From: the human T2T-CHM13v2.0 reference genome, Homo sapiens | Assembly: GCF_009914755.1 (NCBI RefSeq) | Contig: NC_060932.1 | Strand: one strand, 5' to 3' | Length of the DNA stretch: 64,000 bases | Shown: in pieces, positions 33,212-45,630 of the stretch | Layout of the letters: the number at the start of each line of letters is the position of its first letter | Position numbering within the stretch: the first letter of the stretch is position 1 | Notes under the pieces: generated by a model | Databases searched by the model: none | Seen by the model: the letters and a program-made list of their open reading frames with translations, nothing else | What the model was told of the DNA's origin: nothing | Program-made: the position numbers and the translations under genes

Positions 33212-33245
<34 letters not shown>
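32926..33245 (+). mobile_element. AluJ
   Basis: GCCTGCAATCCCAGCACTTTGGGAGGCCGAGG; J-type GAGGTGGGAGGATCGCTGGAGCCCAGGA; long A tail to 33245. Confidence 0.9.
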
Positions 33246-33249
<4 letters not shown>

Positions 33250-33265
33250 CAGCCTGAGGGTTTGC

Positions 33266-33296
33266 TGCAACTTATATATTTACCACGAGATGGCGC
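33266..33296 (+). promoter_or_regulatory. Candidate CTCF site (core plus upstream motif)
   Basis: CCACGAGATGGCGC at 33283-33296 (one mismatch to CCASYAGRKGGCRS); TGCAA starts 17 nt before the core. Confidence 0.6.
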
Positions 33297-33809
33297 GCTA
33301 ATGACGTCTTTTTATTACTGGGACCGGCTGCGTGGCGCTCAATTATTTTTCCTATTGAATCCTGTGGAAAGTGCTGGAGCTGCAGAGAGGTCCCCAAACA
33401 GCAGAAACAATGAGCGTGTAAGTACTTAATATAGTGGGGAAATACCCATTGACATATATTTACCGCCCTTGAATTTGGGTTTCAAAGGACTCATTTTTTT
33501 GAACTTGGTTACATCATGAAATTCACCTAACATAAAAATTAGCTCTTAAACACAGCTGATGTCAATGGGTAACTTTTCCCGGGGAAGCAGATGCTGCCCG
33601 GGTTGTGTGCAGAGCGCCATCCTGGAGGAGCCGGGCTGCAGGGAGCTCCTTGAGGAGCCACATCCAGACCTCTAGCACTGAGTTATCTTTGCCTCCGCTT
33701 ACCTTCTTGTATCTGCAACAAACCTTTTTAACGTATTCACTCTTGCTTTTCTCAGTTTTTGATAATCAGCCACCTTGCTGTAGTAAAGGATCACACTGTG
33801 GAATGCTAA

Positions 33810-34455
33810 AAAAAAATTGCCATTTTAAAGTAGACAATTTACTGGCATTTAGCATATTCCCAATGTCACGAAATCACCATTTCTATAAGTTTCAAAATAT
33901 TGTCACCATTCCAAACTAAAACCCCTTAGCTATTAAACAGTTTCTATGTTCCCTCCTTGAACTGGCAACAACTAATCTGTTTTTGTCCCAAAGGATTGAT
34001 CTATTCTGAATATTTTATATAAATGGAATCATACAATGTGTGACCTTGTGTGTCTACCTGCTTTCACTTAGCATAATATTTTCAAGGTTCATCCATGTTG
34101 TAGCACGTGTCAGTGTTTCCTTCCTTTTTATGGTGAGAACTTCCAGTGCAGTGTTGAATAGTCATGGTGAAAACAGGCATCCTTGTCTTGTTCCTGACCT
34201 TATGGGGGAAAGCTTTCAGTCTTTCATATTGGGTTTGATGTTAGCATAAAGGCGTCTTATGGTGCTGGGGAAGTTGCCTTCTCCTGGTTTTCTGTTTTGT
34301 TTTGTTTTGTTTTTTATCGTGAAAGAGTGTGGGATTTTGTTAAATGCTTTTCTATGTCGATGGAGATGATTGTGTGAGTTTTCCCCTTCATTCTATAATG
34401 TGTATTACATTGACTGATTTTCTTATGCCACACCATTCTTGCATTTTGGGGCATA
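33810..34455 (-). mobile_element. Old L1M fragments (3'UTR joined to an ORF2 piece)
   Basis: AATGGAATCATACAATGTGTGACC; CACTTAGCATAATATTTTCAAGGTTCATCCATGTTGTAGCA; GGCATCCTTGTCTTGTTCCTGA. Confidence 0.75.
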
Positions 34456-37182
34456 TAGTACTTTTAATAACTTTTCTTTAAAAATGAAGATGTGTGTAAA
34501 GTATTGCACAAATATAGATGAGGTAGAATTAATTCTGCAGGTTAAGGCAGAGGGAGTGGGAAGGGTTTAGGGGAGGAAGACAAAGAGAAGTCAGCCAGTA
34601 AAAGACAGACCAGAAATGACCTTAAATGACAAGGGGATTTTTTTTAAAAAAGCCAAACTTTCAAGCAGCGTCTTTCTCTAATCCAAGACAGATGAGAAGC
34701 CAGTTTCCAAAAATCCAGTTTCATTTTCCTTATCTTTAAAATGATTAGATTATTTTGATTTTCATTGTCATTGCTATAATTATAGTTTCTTATCCTGTTT
34801 ATTTCATAAAATTTTCCTAGGTATTGCATAGTTTGGGGCCATAATTTTACATTGTTGCACAACAGTCCCGGTTAGGTAATTACAGTAACCATATAGTCTT
34901 TGTTTTTTATTATCTTTAGAATGCCATGATAAACCAAAGTAGATTACTTATGAGATACCTTCTAGCTCTAAAGTTTTGTGGCTTTATGATTCTACGAAAT
35001 CTGTACCACAGATTCTTCCCTAACTGCGCAAATTCTACATCACAAATCCTAGACGGTTAGAAAACCTCTCTCTGGCAATTTCATTAAATCTACTGTACTT
35101 CTTATATGTTTCAATTCACACATGTTTTCTCTTTTTCTGTCTTTGGTGAAGATGGAAAAAAGTGGATCACTTGTTGTTGGTGGGAAATTGTTTGTTCCTA
35201 TAACTCACTTAAGCAAGTATCTATTAAGGTCAAACAAAAATGATCAGCTCTTCTAGGCAGACTGGGGCTTCTCCTCGGTCATGGCATTTCTTGGCTCCCC
35301 TACCTCAGTTTCTCCCAGGAGCAGTTCTTTGTTCATCTTCAGATTGGCCACTCCCTGCCTCCACTGCTGGGCTCTCCAGGAGTATGTAATTTTGTGAGCT
35401 AAAAATCCTAAGTGAGAATAGATCTATTTTCTTTTTAGTTCAGCACATATAAATTGGGTGTTTTTCAAATCATCTTCATTATAAAATAAAGAGGAAAGCA
35501 AACCCAAAAAGAAACAGATATGTTTATAGACAAGTGCCACTCCCTGGGTTGCATTGGTGGGCACCGCCAAGGAAGCAGACAGCCTTGACTCCTTTCTGCG
35601 CTTTCGTCCCGTGTCAAGCCCTCGGAAGGAGGTATAGCTCTATGGCTCATCCGTTGTTCCGAGTTAACTCCTAAAGTTCAGTTAGCCTCGTCGGTGGGCA
35701 CCATCTTCCCACCAGCTTCCTTTCACCCCAGCAGACATCTCTTGGGGAGGCTCAGGGAATGGTTTTGGGTTCAGATTCTTAGCTAGAGAGAAATAGATTT
35801 AAACTCTGATTCCACCAGTTATTCCCCGTGTGGCCCTTGGAAGGTTATTGAAGCTTTGAGAGCCTGTTATCCCACCCATAAATCAAGACTATCACAGGCC
35901 TATTCATGGGCCTGATCAGAGGCATTAAAGGGCTGATATCTGTAAAGCGTATAGCATGGCGCTTAGCGTGTTTACAGTATGAATTTGCCTCTTCCAATTT
36001 TAAAGCTTTACATTTTAAAGTACTTTACTGAACTCAGTCAATACTCTTCTTTTTCTGTCTGAGGGCTCCCTAGCACCATCAGATTATGTACAGCAGAAAT
36101 AGTAGTGTCAAATGGTAGTGACTAATTAGACATACTTTCTTGGTTGTCTGTGATGACTACATATCTCGGGTGGTTCCAGGGTATGGACTTTCCCAAATCA
36201 AATCACCCTCGTTTTACAAGTGAGAAGGAATTTAAACTAAAGAGTAGCAATAACTATTTTCTATCAAGAGAAATTTATTAAATATTTATTGATCATCTGC
36301 TTTGTACCAGACAGATGGAGGTTGTAATTTCATAAGACACAAAATGAAAAATGATGATTCCTGCTCTGAAGATATTTAGAATCCAATGAAAGAAAAAAGG
36401 CATGCTCACATGCGATCAAGGCAAGGGCCCTGTTTCCAAGCTTTGTGTCTCTGAGCTGCACAAACCCCTTCTCTCTTTAAGCTTTCAGTTATGATTTTAC
36501 CCCCTCTGAAAGAATCTAAGTCCCCAGAGTAAGACCAAATTTGATAAGAATCTGTATGGGCCAGTGGATGGTAGAGTTCCCAAATGAATGGCAAAGTTTC
36601 TCAATTCTGTACTGTTTCAAACTTGCCCTTTTAAATTTTAGTGATAAATCATGACTCATGATGACTTTGCTATTCACTGTCTGGCCCGAATTAGAAACCT
36701 TGTAGTCATTGTGGCTTTTACCCTGGCTTTCATCACACACATCCAGTCTATAACCCAGTTAATTTGATTCTAGCAGTCAAAAGTCTCTTGGCTCTATCCC
36801 TGGTATTCCCACCACCATCGTCTCAGCCTAGGCCTCAGTTTCTTTTGCCTGGACTGTCCAACTTGTGCTCTGTTCAATCTATTCTGCACATTGCCAGCCA
36901 AAGTAGCTTTCTATGAGTCTGTGCTCAGGTGAATCACATATCGGGATATGGGACAGGTTTAAAGGTCCGAGTATAGAAACAACAACAGTATATTTTGAGA
37001 AGTCTTGGAGAAAGGTGAAAATTGTCACAGGGAGATGTCCTAACCTAAAAAGGGAAAACTCACTAGATTCTTGAAACGATAGGTCAAATTTCAGCATCTC
37101 CTAGGTTGTCAGGAGTTTGAAGAAAACCAGTAGTTGTTTATATATTATACTTTTTCCTGAAGATTCTTTTATTTGGATCTGA

Positions 37183-37559
<377 letters not shown>

Positions 37560-37805
37560 AGGTTTTTAAACACTAATGAAAGTTTGTTTTGAGACTAGAA
37601 CAGTTTTAAGTACCATCATTTCTGTGCTTATTTGGTTTCCATATAATGTGGAGAAGTTGTTTTCTACCTTTGTAAGATTAAATACTTATCACAGAAATGA
37701 AGAGTCTGTGGCAAAGTTTATCATCAACAGTGAAATCACGTAGAGATATTACAGATCTTCTGCAGAACAAGTCAAAAGACACCTGAATGGCTTGAGTTTC
37801 ATCTG

Positions 37806-37885
37806 TTAGGTTGGTGCAAAAGTAATTGAGGTTTTTGCCATTGAAAGTAATGGCAAAAACCTCAGTAACTTTTGCACCAAACTCA
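37806..37885. mobile_element. MADE1 (Hsmar1-derived 80-bp MITE)
   Basis: 37-bp terminal inverted repeats TTAGGTTGGTGCAAAAGTAATTG..TTTTTGCCATT around a 6-nt GAAAGT spacer. Confidence 0.93.
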
Positions 37886-38849
37886 TAAAACATTTAAGTG
37901 TAGGTTGACTTTGTTCATTTTCTCAAGCTTTCAGCCTCCCCGTATTGTGATGTACTAGCAATAAAGGGAGACATAATCAGTGCTATTCTGAAGACCCACA
38001 GTAAGCAGGGCATTCATTTAAAACTATGGTGCAGTTAAGGCCCCATCCAGCCCAGACCCCTCATTTTAGGTGAGAAATCATAGTTGGAAGAGGGAGAGAC
38101 TGCCCAAGGCCACCCAACAAGTCAGGCTCTGAGAACGCCCCACTTGCAACCCCACGCGGGCTCCGGGGCACTTGGCCAGTGTGCATGGAAAACAGCTGCA
38201 GAGAAATAGCTGTCATGGTGCCAAATTCTTATCTGCTGGTGTCCTTCAGATTGGGTGGGCTGGATGCCAAGGGGAAACTCAGAGTCTGTGAATTCTAATC
38301 CTGGACCTGCTAGTAAACAGTTCTGGTCATAGGGTCTTAAATTTCCCTCCCTTTGTCACAGGCTGTTGTTAGTCTAGCAACCAGGGGATAATTCCCTGAA
38401 GTGACTGAGCAGAGCTTCTGGGATCCACCCCAGGAGACCTGAAAAGCAGAGGAGCATCCTGAGAGTCCATCTGAGTCAGTGCCTATTGTTGGTGTTGCTT
38501 TAACCCTGATATGTTATAGTGGCCATACCATCAATCTACACACTTTTCTATCCAGCTCTCCTGACCATGCAAATGTACTTTACTCTCTATTCCCTCACCC
38601 CCAGCATGAGCCAGAAGTGTTGCTTCTCATGCAAATCAATACCTTGAGATTTTCAAAATTCTGAAGAGGCCAACCTTTTCAGAGGAGAACTGAAACAGAA
38701 TCAGTTAAAGGCTCATATCTTTCAGCTTTAAGGGAAAATGAGTGACTCTGAATGGTCAGGGATAGGCCCCTCAGCACCTGCTTAAAGTTTGTCAAGAGAA
38801 CATGGAGATCATCTCAGTGCGATGATAATGGTGACAACAATACTAATAG

Positions 38850-39030
38850 ACTAGCATTTGCTAAGCACTTACTATGTGCCAGGCACTGTGCTAAGTATTT
38901 CACTTCCAATATTGCATTTAATCTTCCCAACAAAGCCATCAGGTAGCTTCTATTATATCATCATTCTACAAATGAGAACACTGAGGCTCAGGGATTTGAA
39001 GTCCCTTGTAAGAGTCCATGTTCTTAACCA
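38850..39030 (-). mobile_element. MIR
   Basis: AGCACTTACTATGTGCCAGGCACTGTGCTAAG...CATTCTACAAATGAGAACACTGAGGCTCAG core. Confidence 0.75.
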
Positions 39031-39406
39031 CCATCCTAGATGATAATCCCCATCACTGGTTAGTGATGGCAGCCTGCTGTCATTTATATTCTTCTGGTAT
39101 GCCCTCCTGCTGCCTTGCCTAGCCTCCTCCAATAGTCACCTCCCTTGTCGGCTCTCTGGGAAGACCCCCATGACAGCCTGGGGCTGGGGTTTGTGCCTTT
39201 CCTCTCACAGCGCCACCTTCTGTCATAGCCCTTGGCACACTGCACTTCAATTGTTGGACCATTTGTCCTTTTCCTCCTTTAGAGCTCTTTGAGAAGAGGC
39301 AACTCTCTGATTCATTCTGGTCTATCCAGCACTGTCCTGGGTAATAGCAGATGATCAAAAAATGTTTCTTGAATAAATGGCTGATGTGAAAAATTTACTT
39401 GACAGT

Positions 39407-39950
39407 ATGTTTTGGTTATCTATTGCTGAGTATCAAAGAACTCCAAATTTAGTTGCTTAAAATAACAACTATATTTTCATTTTTCATGACTCTGTAGGTC
39501 AGGAATTAGGACAGGACCTAGCGGGAATGGTGCACCTCTGCTATCTGTCCTGTAAGGCTTCTTCTCATTCCACTAGGATGATTTCACAGCTGGCTGGAAT
39601 GGCACCCCTGGGGTCCTGGGGTCCTAAGATTGCATGTCTGGGGTCTGAGTCTGCACTGTCAGCTGGGCTCCTTGGTTCTCTCAGTGTGGTCTTAGGGCAT
39701 CTCTCTCTCAGGTGGTTTCGCCATTTGGTGCCCTCAGGGACTTGGTTGGACTTCTCACATGGACGCATAAGGATCCCAATAAGTAAATGAGGAAGCTGCT
39801 AGCCCTTACTGCTTAGGCCAGAACTGGCAGAGTCACTTCTGCCTCCTTTCTATTGGTTAAAGCAAGTAACTGGGCCACCCCTACACAGGGCCTGGAGACT
39901 AGGGGGTCTGGTTCACTGGGGACCATTCTTGTGACTAGGCACCCCATAGT
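39407..39950 (-). mobile_element. Old MLT1 (F-K type) LTR
   Basis: TATCTATTGCTG...CCAAATTTAGTTGCTTAAAATAACAA...CATGACTCTGTAGGTCAGGAATT and CTATTGGTTAAAGCAAGT signatures. Confidence 0.65.
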
Positions 39951-40392
39951 TTAATAGAGCCATCTTTGTCCCTCTCCAAGTCTCCAAAGAAATGTTAGTC
40001 AAAGGAAGACTGATCCCGAGAAGGTGGATAGCTTAGCCTATTTCATCACCACAACTTGAGGGAAAACCTATAATGAAAATAAATAAATGTTAGAGATACC
40101 CAGAGAGTCTGTGCATGTAAACAGCTGGTAATACAGTGCCTTGTCAGAAACATCTACGATGCTTGACTCAAGAGCATAGCATTTAGCCTGTGCCAGCAGC
40201 GCACCTCTGGCAATGCAAAGATTTGAACTGTGTTATAACTCTGGTCTTTCCCATCACTCACAGACCCGTCCTCTTTTTATATTTTGTTTACCCACCTTTT
40301 CCTCTCAGGCTCCTAAGGCCTTTGTTTCCACATTTTAGAGCATTGCCATTTATGGTATAGGTGCTCCTTAGCTGGATTTTGTATGAGGAGTC

Positions 40393-40802
40393 TGTGTTAG
40401 TTTGTTTGCATCGCTATAAAGAAATACCCAAGACTGGGTAACTTTTAAAGAAAAGAGGTTTATTTTGGCTCACAGTTCCGCAAGCTTTGCAGGAAGAGTG
40501 GTGCCGGCATCTGCTTCTGATGAGGGCCTTAGGAAGCCTACAATCGTGGTAAAAGGCAAAGGGGGAGCAGGCGTATCACATGGCTAGAGAGGGAGCAAGA
40601 GAGAGGAGGTGCTAGGCTCCTTTAAACAGCCAGCTCCTGTGTGTACTAAGTGAGGACTCACTCGTTACCAAGGAGATGGTGCTAAGCCCCTTGTGAGGGA
40701 TATGCCCCCATGATCCAATATCTCCTGCCAGGCCCTACCTCCAACATTGGGGATCACATTTCAATGTGAGATTTGGAGGGGACAAAGATCCAAACCATAT
40801 CA
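40393..40802 (-). mobile_element. MST-family (MSTB-like) MaLR solo LTR
   Basis: TG...CA termini; GCTATAAAGAAATACC..GACTGGGTAA and TGAGATTTGGAGGGGACA..ATCCAAACCATATCA; perfect 5-bp TSD GAGTC at 40388-40392 and 40803-40807. Confidence 0.9.
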
Positions 40803-41676
40803 GAGTCCTTGTCACTTTTGCACAAGGGACCCTCCTTTCCCCCTCCCTAGCTCTTGGAACAGTTTCTTTAAAGATTGTTCAAATCCCTTGGCCTTCATGT
40901 CCTGGACTTTTTAAATTTTATGGTATCCTTTCTTTACATTGGAAGAAGTTTGCTTCAAAAATATTTGATGATTCCCTCGTTTTTTTTTATTGTTGTTTGT
41001 TTTTGTTTCTTTTGTACTTAAATTGCATGCCAAGGCATTTAGTTGTTTTAGTGGCTTACCTTAGAGAAATTAATCTATATTATCATGAGCAAATATATTT
41101 GTCGGCCATTTGGCAGACCTATAGATAAAATCGTCTTTATTGAGAATCAATGAAAATGATTCCCAAGTTTCTTGAAATAAATTTCTTTATTAGGATTATA
41201 TAATGTTATGATTCTAACATAATTCTCAGAGAATAATAATATATGTGCAAAAGAAATGGGATTTTAGAGACCTGGGTTTTGGGCATCACTTTTCCTTTCA
41301 TCTGAATTCCAGGTCCAGCCCTGAGGTTACAAAGACTCAAAATTCAAGGGCCTAAATAGGAGACAGGAGAGATGGGTACTAGGAAGAAAGAGTAGGAGGT
41401 GGTAAAGAAAGCCTTCTGAGTGCAGACTACAGGAGACCAGCTCAGGCATTTGGCCCTACTGATTTGCCTGGCTGGACTACAGAGGTGTTCATGAAGAAAG
41501 CCTAGCCCAGTTAAGTCATTATCCTAACCTCTCTAGTCAGTCTTTCTGATGAAATATTTACTCCCATATCCAACCTATACATGATCCACAGGCTTCTGTC
41601 CTACTGAGACTGCTGCAAAATCAAGAAAACACTACTAACTCTTATCAATGAAAAGAGCCTTAAGAATTATCTAGGC

Positions 41677-42970
41677 CAGTGGTTCTCAAACTTTTTGATC
41701 TCTGGTCTCTTCATACTTTCATTAAAAAGTTATTAAAAGTTATTAAAAACTCTTAAAAGCTTTTGCTTATGTAGCTGGCTTGTATCTGTTGACATTCACT
41801 GGAGCAGAAATCAAAACCAGTGAGACCCAGTCTCTTAAATAAACTAATTAATTAAAATAAAAAGAAATCAAAACCAAACAAAAATATTTATTTATTAATA
41901 AATTTTAAAATAATAAGCTAATTACATGTGAATGTAAATAACATTTTTAATAAAAAATAACTATGTTTCTAAAACATTTTGATGGGAAGGGTGGCATAAT
42001 TTGATATTTTTGCAAATAAATCTCTTTAACGTCTCACTTTATAGAAGACAGCTGCATTCTCATATTGGCTTTCTGCTTCAATCTGTTGTGATATGTTATT
42101 TTGGTTGAAAGTCCAGCCTCACAAACACATGTAATTATAAGGAGAAAGAAGTAAGGCATGTAATTGTAGTTTAAATATGTATGTAAAATATTGTATGTAT
42201 GTAAATGTGTATGTAAAAATATTTTAATGGATATTGCAAGTAATTGTGAACATTCTTTGATATGACACCAAAACTCCACAAGTGTAGTTCCTGAAATGTT
42301 GGTTGTAACATTTCATGAAATCCAAAATTAGCTAAACAAACTTGTGGTACTCTGTAACATCAAAATTCATCAGTGTGGCTTGTTTCACTTAACATAATTT
42401 CCTTCATTTCTATCCATGTTGTTGCAAATGACAGAATTTCACTCTTTTTTATGGCTGAATAATATTCCATTGTGTATATGTACCACTTTTTTGAATCCAT
42501 TATTCTCACCAATATGTAGGAATTAAAAAATGTGAGCTCACAGATATAGAGAGTAGAATATCAGTTACCAGAGGCTGGGAAAGGTAGTGAGGAGGGAGGA
42601 TAAAGAGGGCATGGTTAATGCAAATAACAATACAGTTAGATAAGGAGTAAGATCTAGTGTTCAGTTGCACAATAGGGTGACTATAGTTAAAAATAATCTT
42701 TTGTATATTTCAAAATAACTAAAATGATGGAATTGGAATGTTCCTAACACAAAGAAACAATAAATGTTTGAGGTGATGAATACCCCAATCACCCTGATTT
42801 GATCATTACACATTGTATGCTTGTATAAAAATATCACATGTACCCCATAAGTCATACAGCTATTATGTATCCATAATAATTGAAGATAAAAAATTAAAAC
42901 AAATTCATTGTTTTATCTTGTACCCTGAAATGAGTTTAAAATCTCATGCATAATTTTTGATGCTGAGTGT
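41677..42970. mobile_element. hAT-Charlie-family DNA transposon remnant interrupted by an L1
   Basis: Terminus CAGTGGTTCTCAAACTTTTTGATCTC; AT-rich body; appears to resume after the L1 at about 42900; subfamily not assigned. Confidence 0.6.
42378..42899 (+). mobile_element. 5'-truncated, 5'-inverted L1MA-type insertion
   Basis: 42378-42500 is L1 sequence in antisense; 42501-42899 is the L1 3'UTR in sense ending CATGTACCCCATAA...A-rich tail; degenerate TSD CAAAATTCAT / CAAATTCAT. Confidence 0.8.
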
Positions 42971-45399
42971 TATGGGAAGAAGCTTAATGAAAATTTCTCC
43001 TTAGTAACAAGAAAGAGGTCAATATACAAAAGTAGCATAAAAGAGCAAGGTGATAAAATGGCAAAAGGGACTGATGAGATAAATTTTCAGAGGATCAAGG
43101 ACATAAACTATTATAAGCAAAAGAGAAAGAAAATCAAGCCTTTTTTTTTTTAAATTCTCATCTATGGAGCATTTCCCAAGTGCTTAATGAGACGATTTCA
43201 TGTAATCCACTCTTAAAGTGTTGTGTGAGGTTGAATGAATGATTCCTGACTTACAGAAGAGGTAAGGTACATTATGCAGCGCCAGGAAATGTGGGACTGG
43301 AACCCACTACATCTGACCCAGCCATCTGTGAATTTTTTTTTAAATGAGTTTTTACAAATTCCAAACGTAATATGCAAATTTTTTCAACAAACAAAAGTAA
43401 AAGATAAAAGCTTCTTGTTCTTCCTCCCCTCCCGTTCCACTGCTAAAAGTTAGTAATAGTCCATACAGACAGCATATTTTCACCAAATGAAAGCCCCAGC
43501 TTTTATTTGCTCCACGATCCTCCTTACCATAAGCCATAAAGAATCTCAAGGCTGATCCAGAACTATCTTGGTGATAGCAGAACCAACAAGAGAGAAGGCT
43601 GCTAAATGCTACACGAGTTTACATGATTACATGTGGATTTCTGACTGTGGCTACTTTCTGGACCTTTTTAGAGCCCTGGGTTTGAAGGATTTCTCTGGAT
43701 CAACTTTCACTGTTGTGGGAGAAAGACGAAAAATAACACAAAACGTGAACACAACAGTGAAAGGGATGAATGGAGAGTGGTGAGTGCACTGATGCAAACA
43801 CCCTGGGTGCCCACAAATGAGTATGCAGAGTTCACACTGAAAGGAGATATGGCCACGTGATCAGTTACGAAGGGAGCCAATCTGGTGGACTTTCCCACAA
43901 GTTGGAAGCTTGGTAGTGAGAAGTGAATTATCAATTTACCTTGTTTCTCCTTTCCAAATGTGACTCTGAGTTACTGTTTTAATTTTTAATATTTTTTCAG
44001 AAGTATCAACCAAATTATCTACCAAATATCTATTAAAATAGAATGTGTTCATTTAGTTGTTTGTTTGTGTGTGTGTGTTTTACAGACAAGAGATGTTTCT
44101 TTATTTTTTTAACTTCTAGGCATTTATTATCAGGGAAAAATCTGTGACTGTGAAAGTCTTTTGTGAATTTTAAGGGTCATTGTTGCTATCTGTTGAAGGA
44201 GCTGCCAAACTAAAGTGAAATTATAAGTTGAAGCCCAGTGCAAAAGAATACGCACAACATAAATTCAACTCCACAACCAAGAGAAACGCCTGAATGTTTC
44301 AAAATTACAGTGCTGAAAGCGTTTCTTTTCAGATATTCATCTTAGGAAGAGTCTGTGGAAGGGGATTTTTGTTCTCTTTGGTTGAGTCAGCATCACTAAT
44401 AATAATGCTTTGGTCCCTCAAAAAGCCCCCTGAAGAGTATTATTCAATTTACTCATTTTGTTTGTTATTTAGCACATTGTACATTGTATTTCTTAGACTT
44501 CTTTCTCTCATCTTTTCTCTCATAGCAGTACAATCAAATCGAAGTAATCCTAAGCACATACTTCATTTTTTTCTCTTAAGCCCCGCTCCCCACCCCACTT
44601 CCTGCCCACTTCTCCAACCCCAACTCCCATTTCTCAAACTCAAATCACTAAAGGAAAATGATGAGAGAGAGAGAGAGATTTGGTGATGCCTGTCTACCAC
44701 TTAGAACACACTCTAGTAATGGTAGATAAAGAAAAGGCTGGTTTAAGATGTTTAAGGCCTGTCCCAACAGCAACACATGCACAGAAGCTTGCATAATTTA
44801 CATGGACTCATTGGGGCTTACTAGAAAGTGGCCTCTTTCTTTTTCTTCTTCTTTTCTTAAATAACGTAATGCCTGGCATTGGATTTTTTACAGAAACTGT
44901 GGAGCAGAGCATTCTTGAGAAAGTTTTTTTTTCTTCATAAACTATAGGACTATAAAGTGGTCATTAAAATGAATTTCCAGGGTGCAGTGCAACACTCCCT
45001 GTACATGTGAGTCAGTGACAAGCATCACCTTAATTGGGGGTTAGAGACAGAAAATCTGTGAGTTTACTCCTGAGTTGGCCAGAAGGAATATAATTATAGA
45101 AACACATATTTTAAATATTATTCTTTCACTTGTGGAAATTTGCCCAAATATTTCCTTGTTTATTCAAATGCTTGTTCTTATTTGTATTCACTACAAATAT
45201 AGCTATTCTTTCTGTTTTTCTGTATTTCTGTTTGTCCACTCTTGTGGGACATTTCTCTTTCACGGTTGTAATCCAGGCATCTCAAAACAAGATCCAACCT
45301 TAAAGACTGGACTCTGCGAATGTCACACCTGTTTAAAGTATCCCCCTTTGCGGAAGTGGTTCCCTCTGCCTCTGGATTTCCTTTAGTGACCAGCATTTA

Positions 45400-45630
45400 G
45401 TGCACTGCTCATTGCATATTAAATGATTTGTTTAAATACATTATCATATTTATTCCTAAGGCAATATTCCAGGTAGGCACTGTGATGACCCCCATTCTAC
45501 GGAAGAGGAAACTGAGGCTCAGAGGTGTTCATAATGTAACTTGCACATGCTCACTAATCCTGTGGCAAAGCTTGAATTTCAAGCTGGGTTCTTTAGACAC
45601 TCAGGTTCCCTTTAACCAACTTACACTGAG
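45400..45630 (-). mobile_element. MIR
   Basis: CCCATTCTACGGAAGAGGAAACTGAGGCTCAGAG core. Confidence 0.7.

Noticed and set aside
39050-39069. 8-bp stem hairpin CCATCACT-GGTT-AGTGATGG
   Set aside because: Expected by chance in 64 kb; no supporting context
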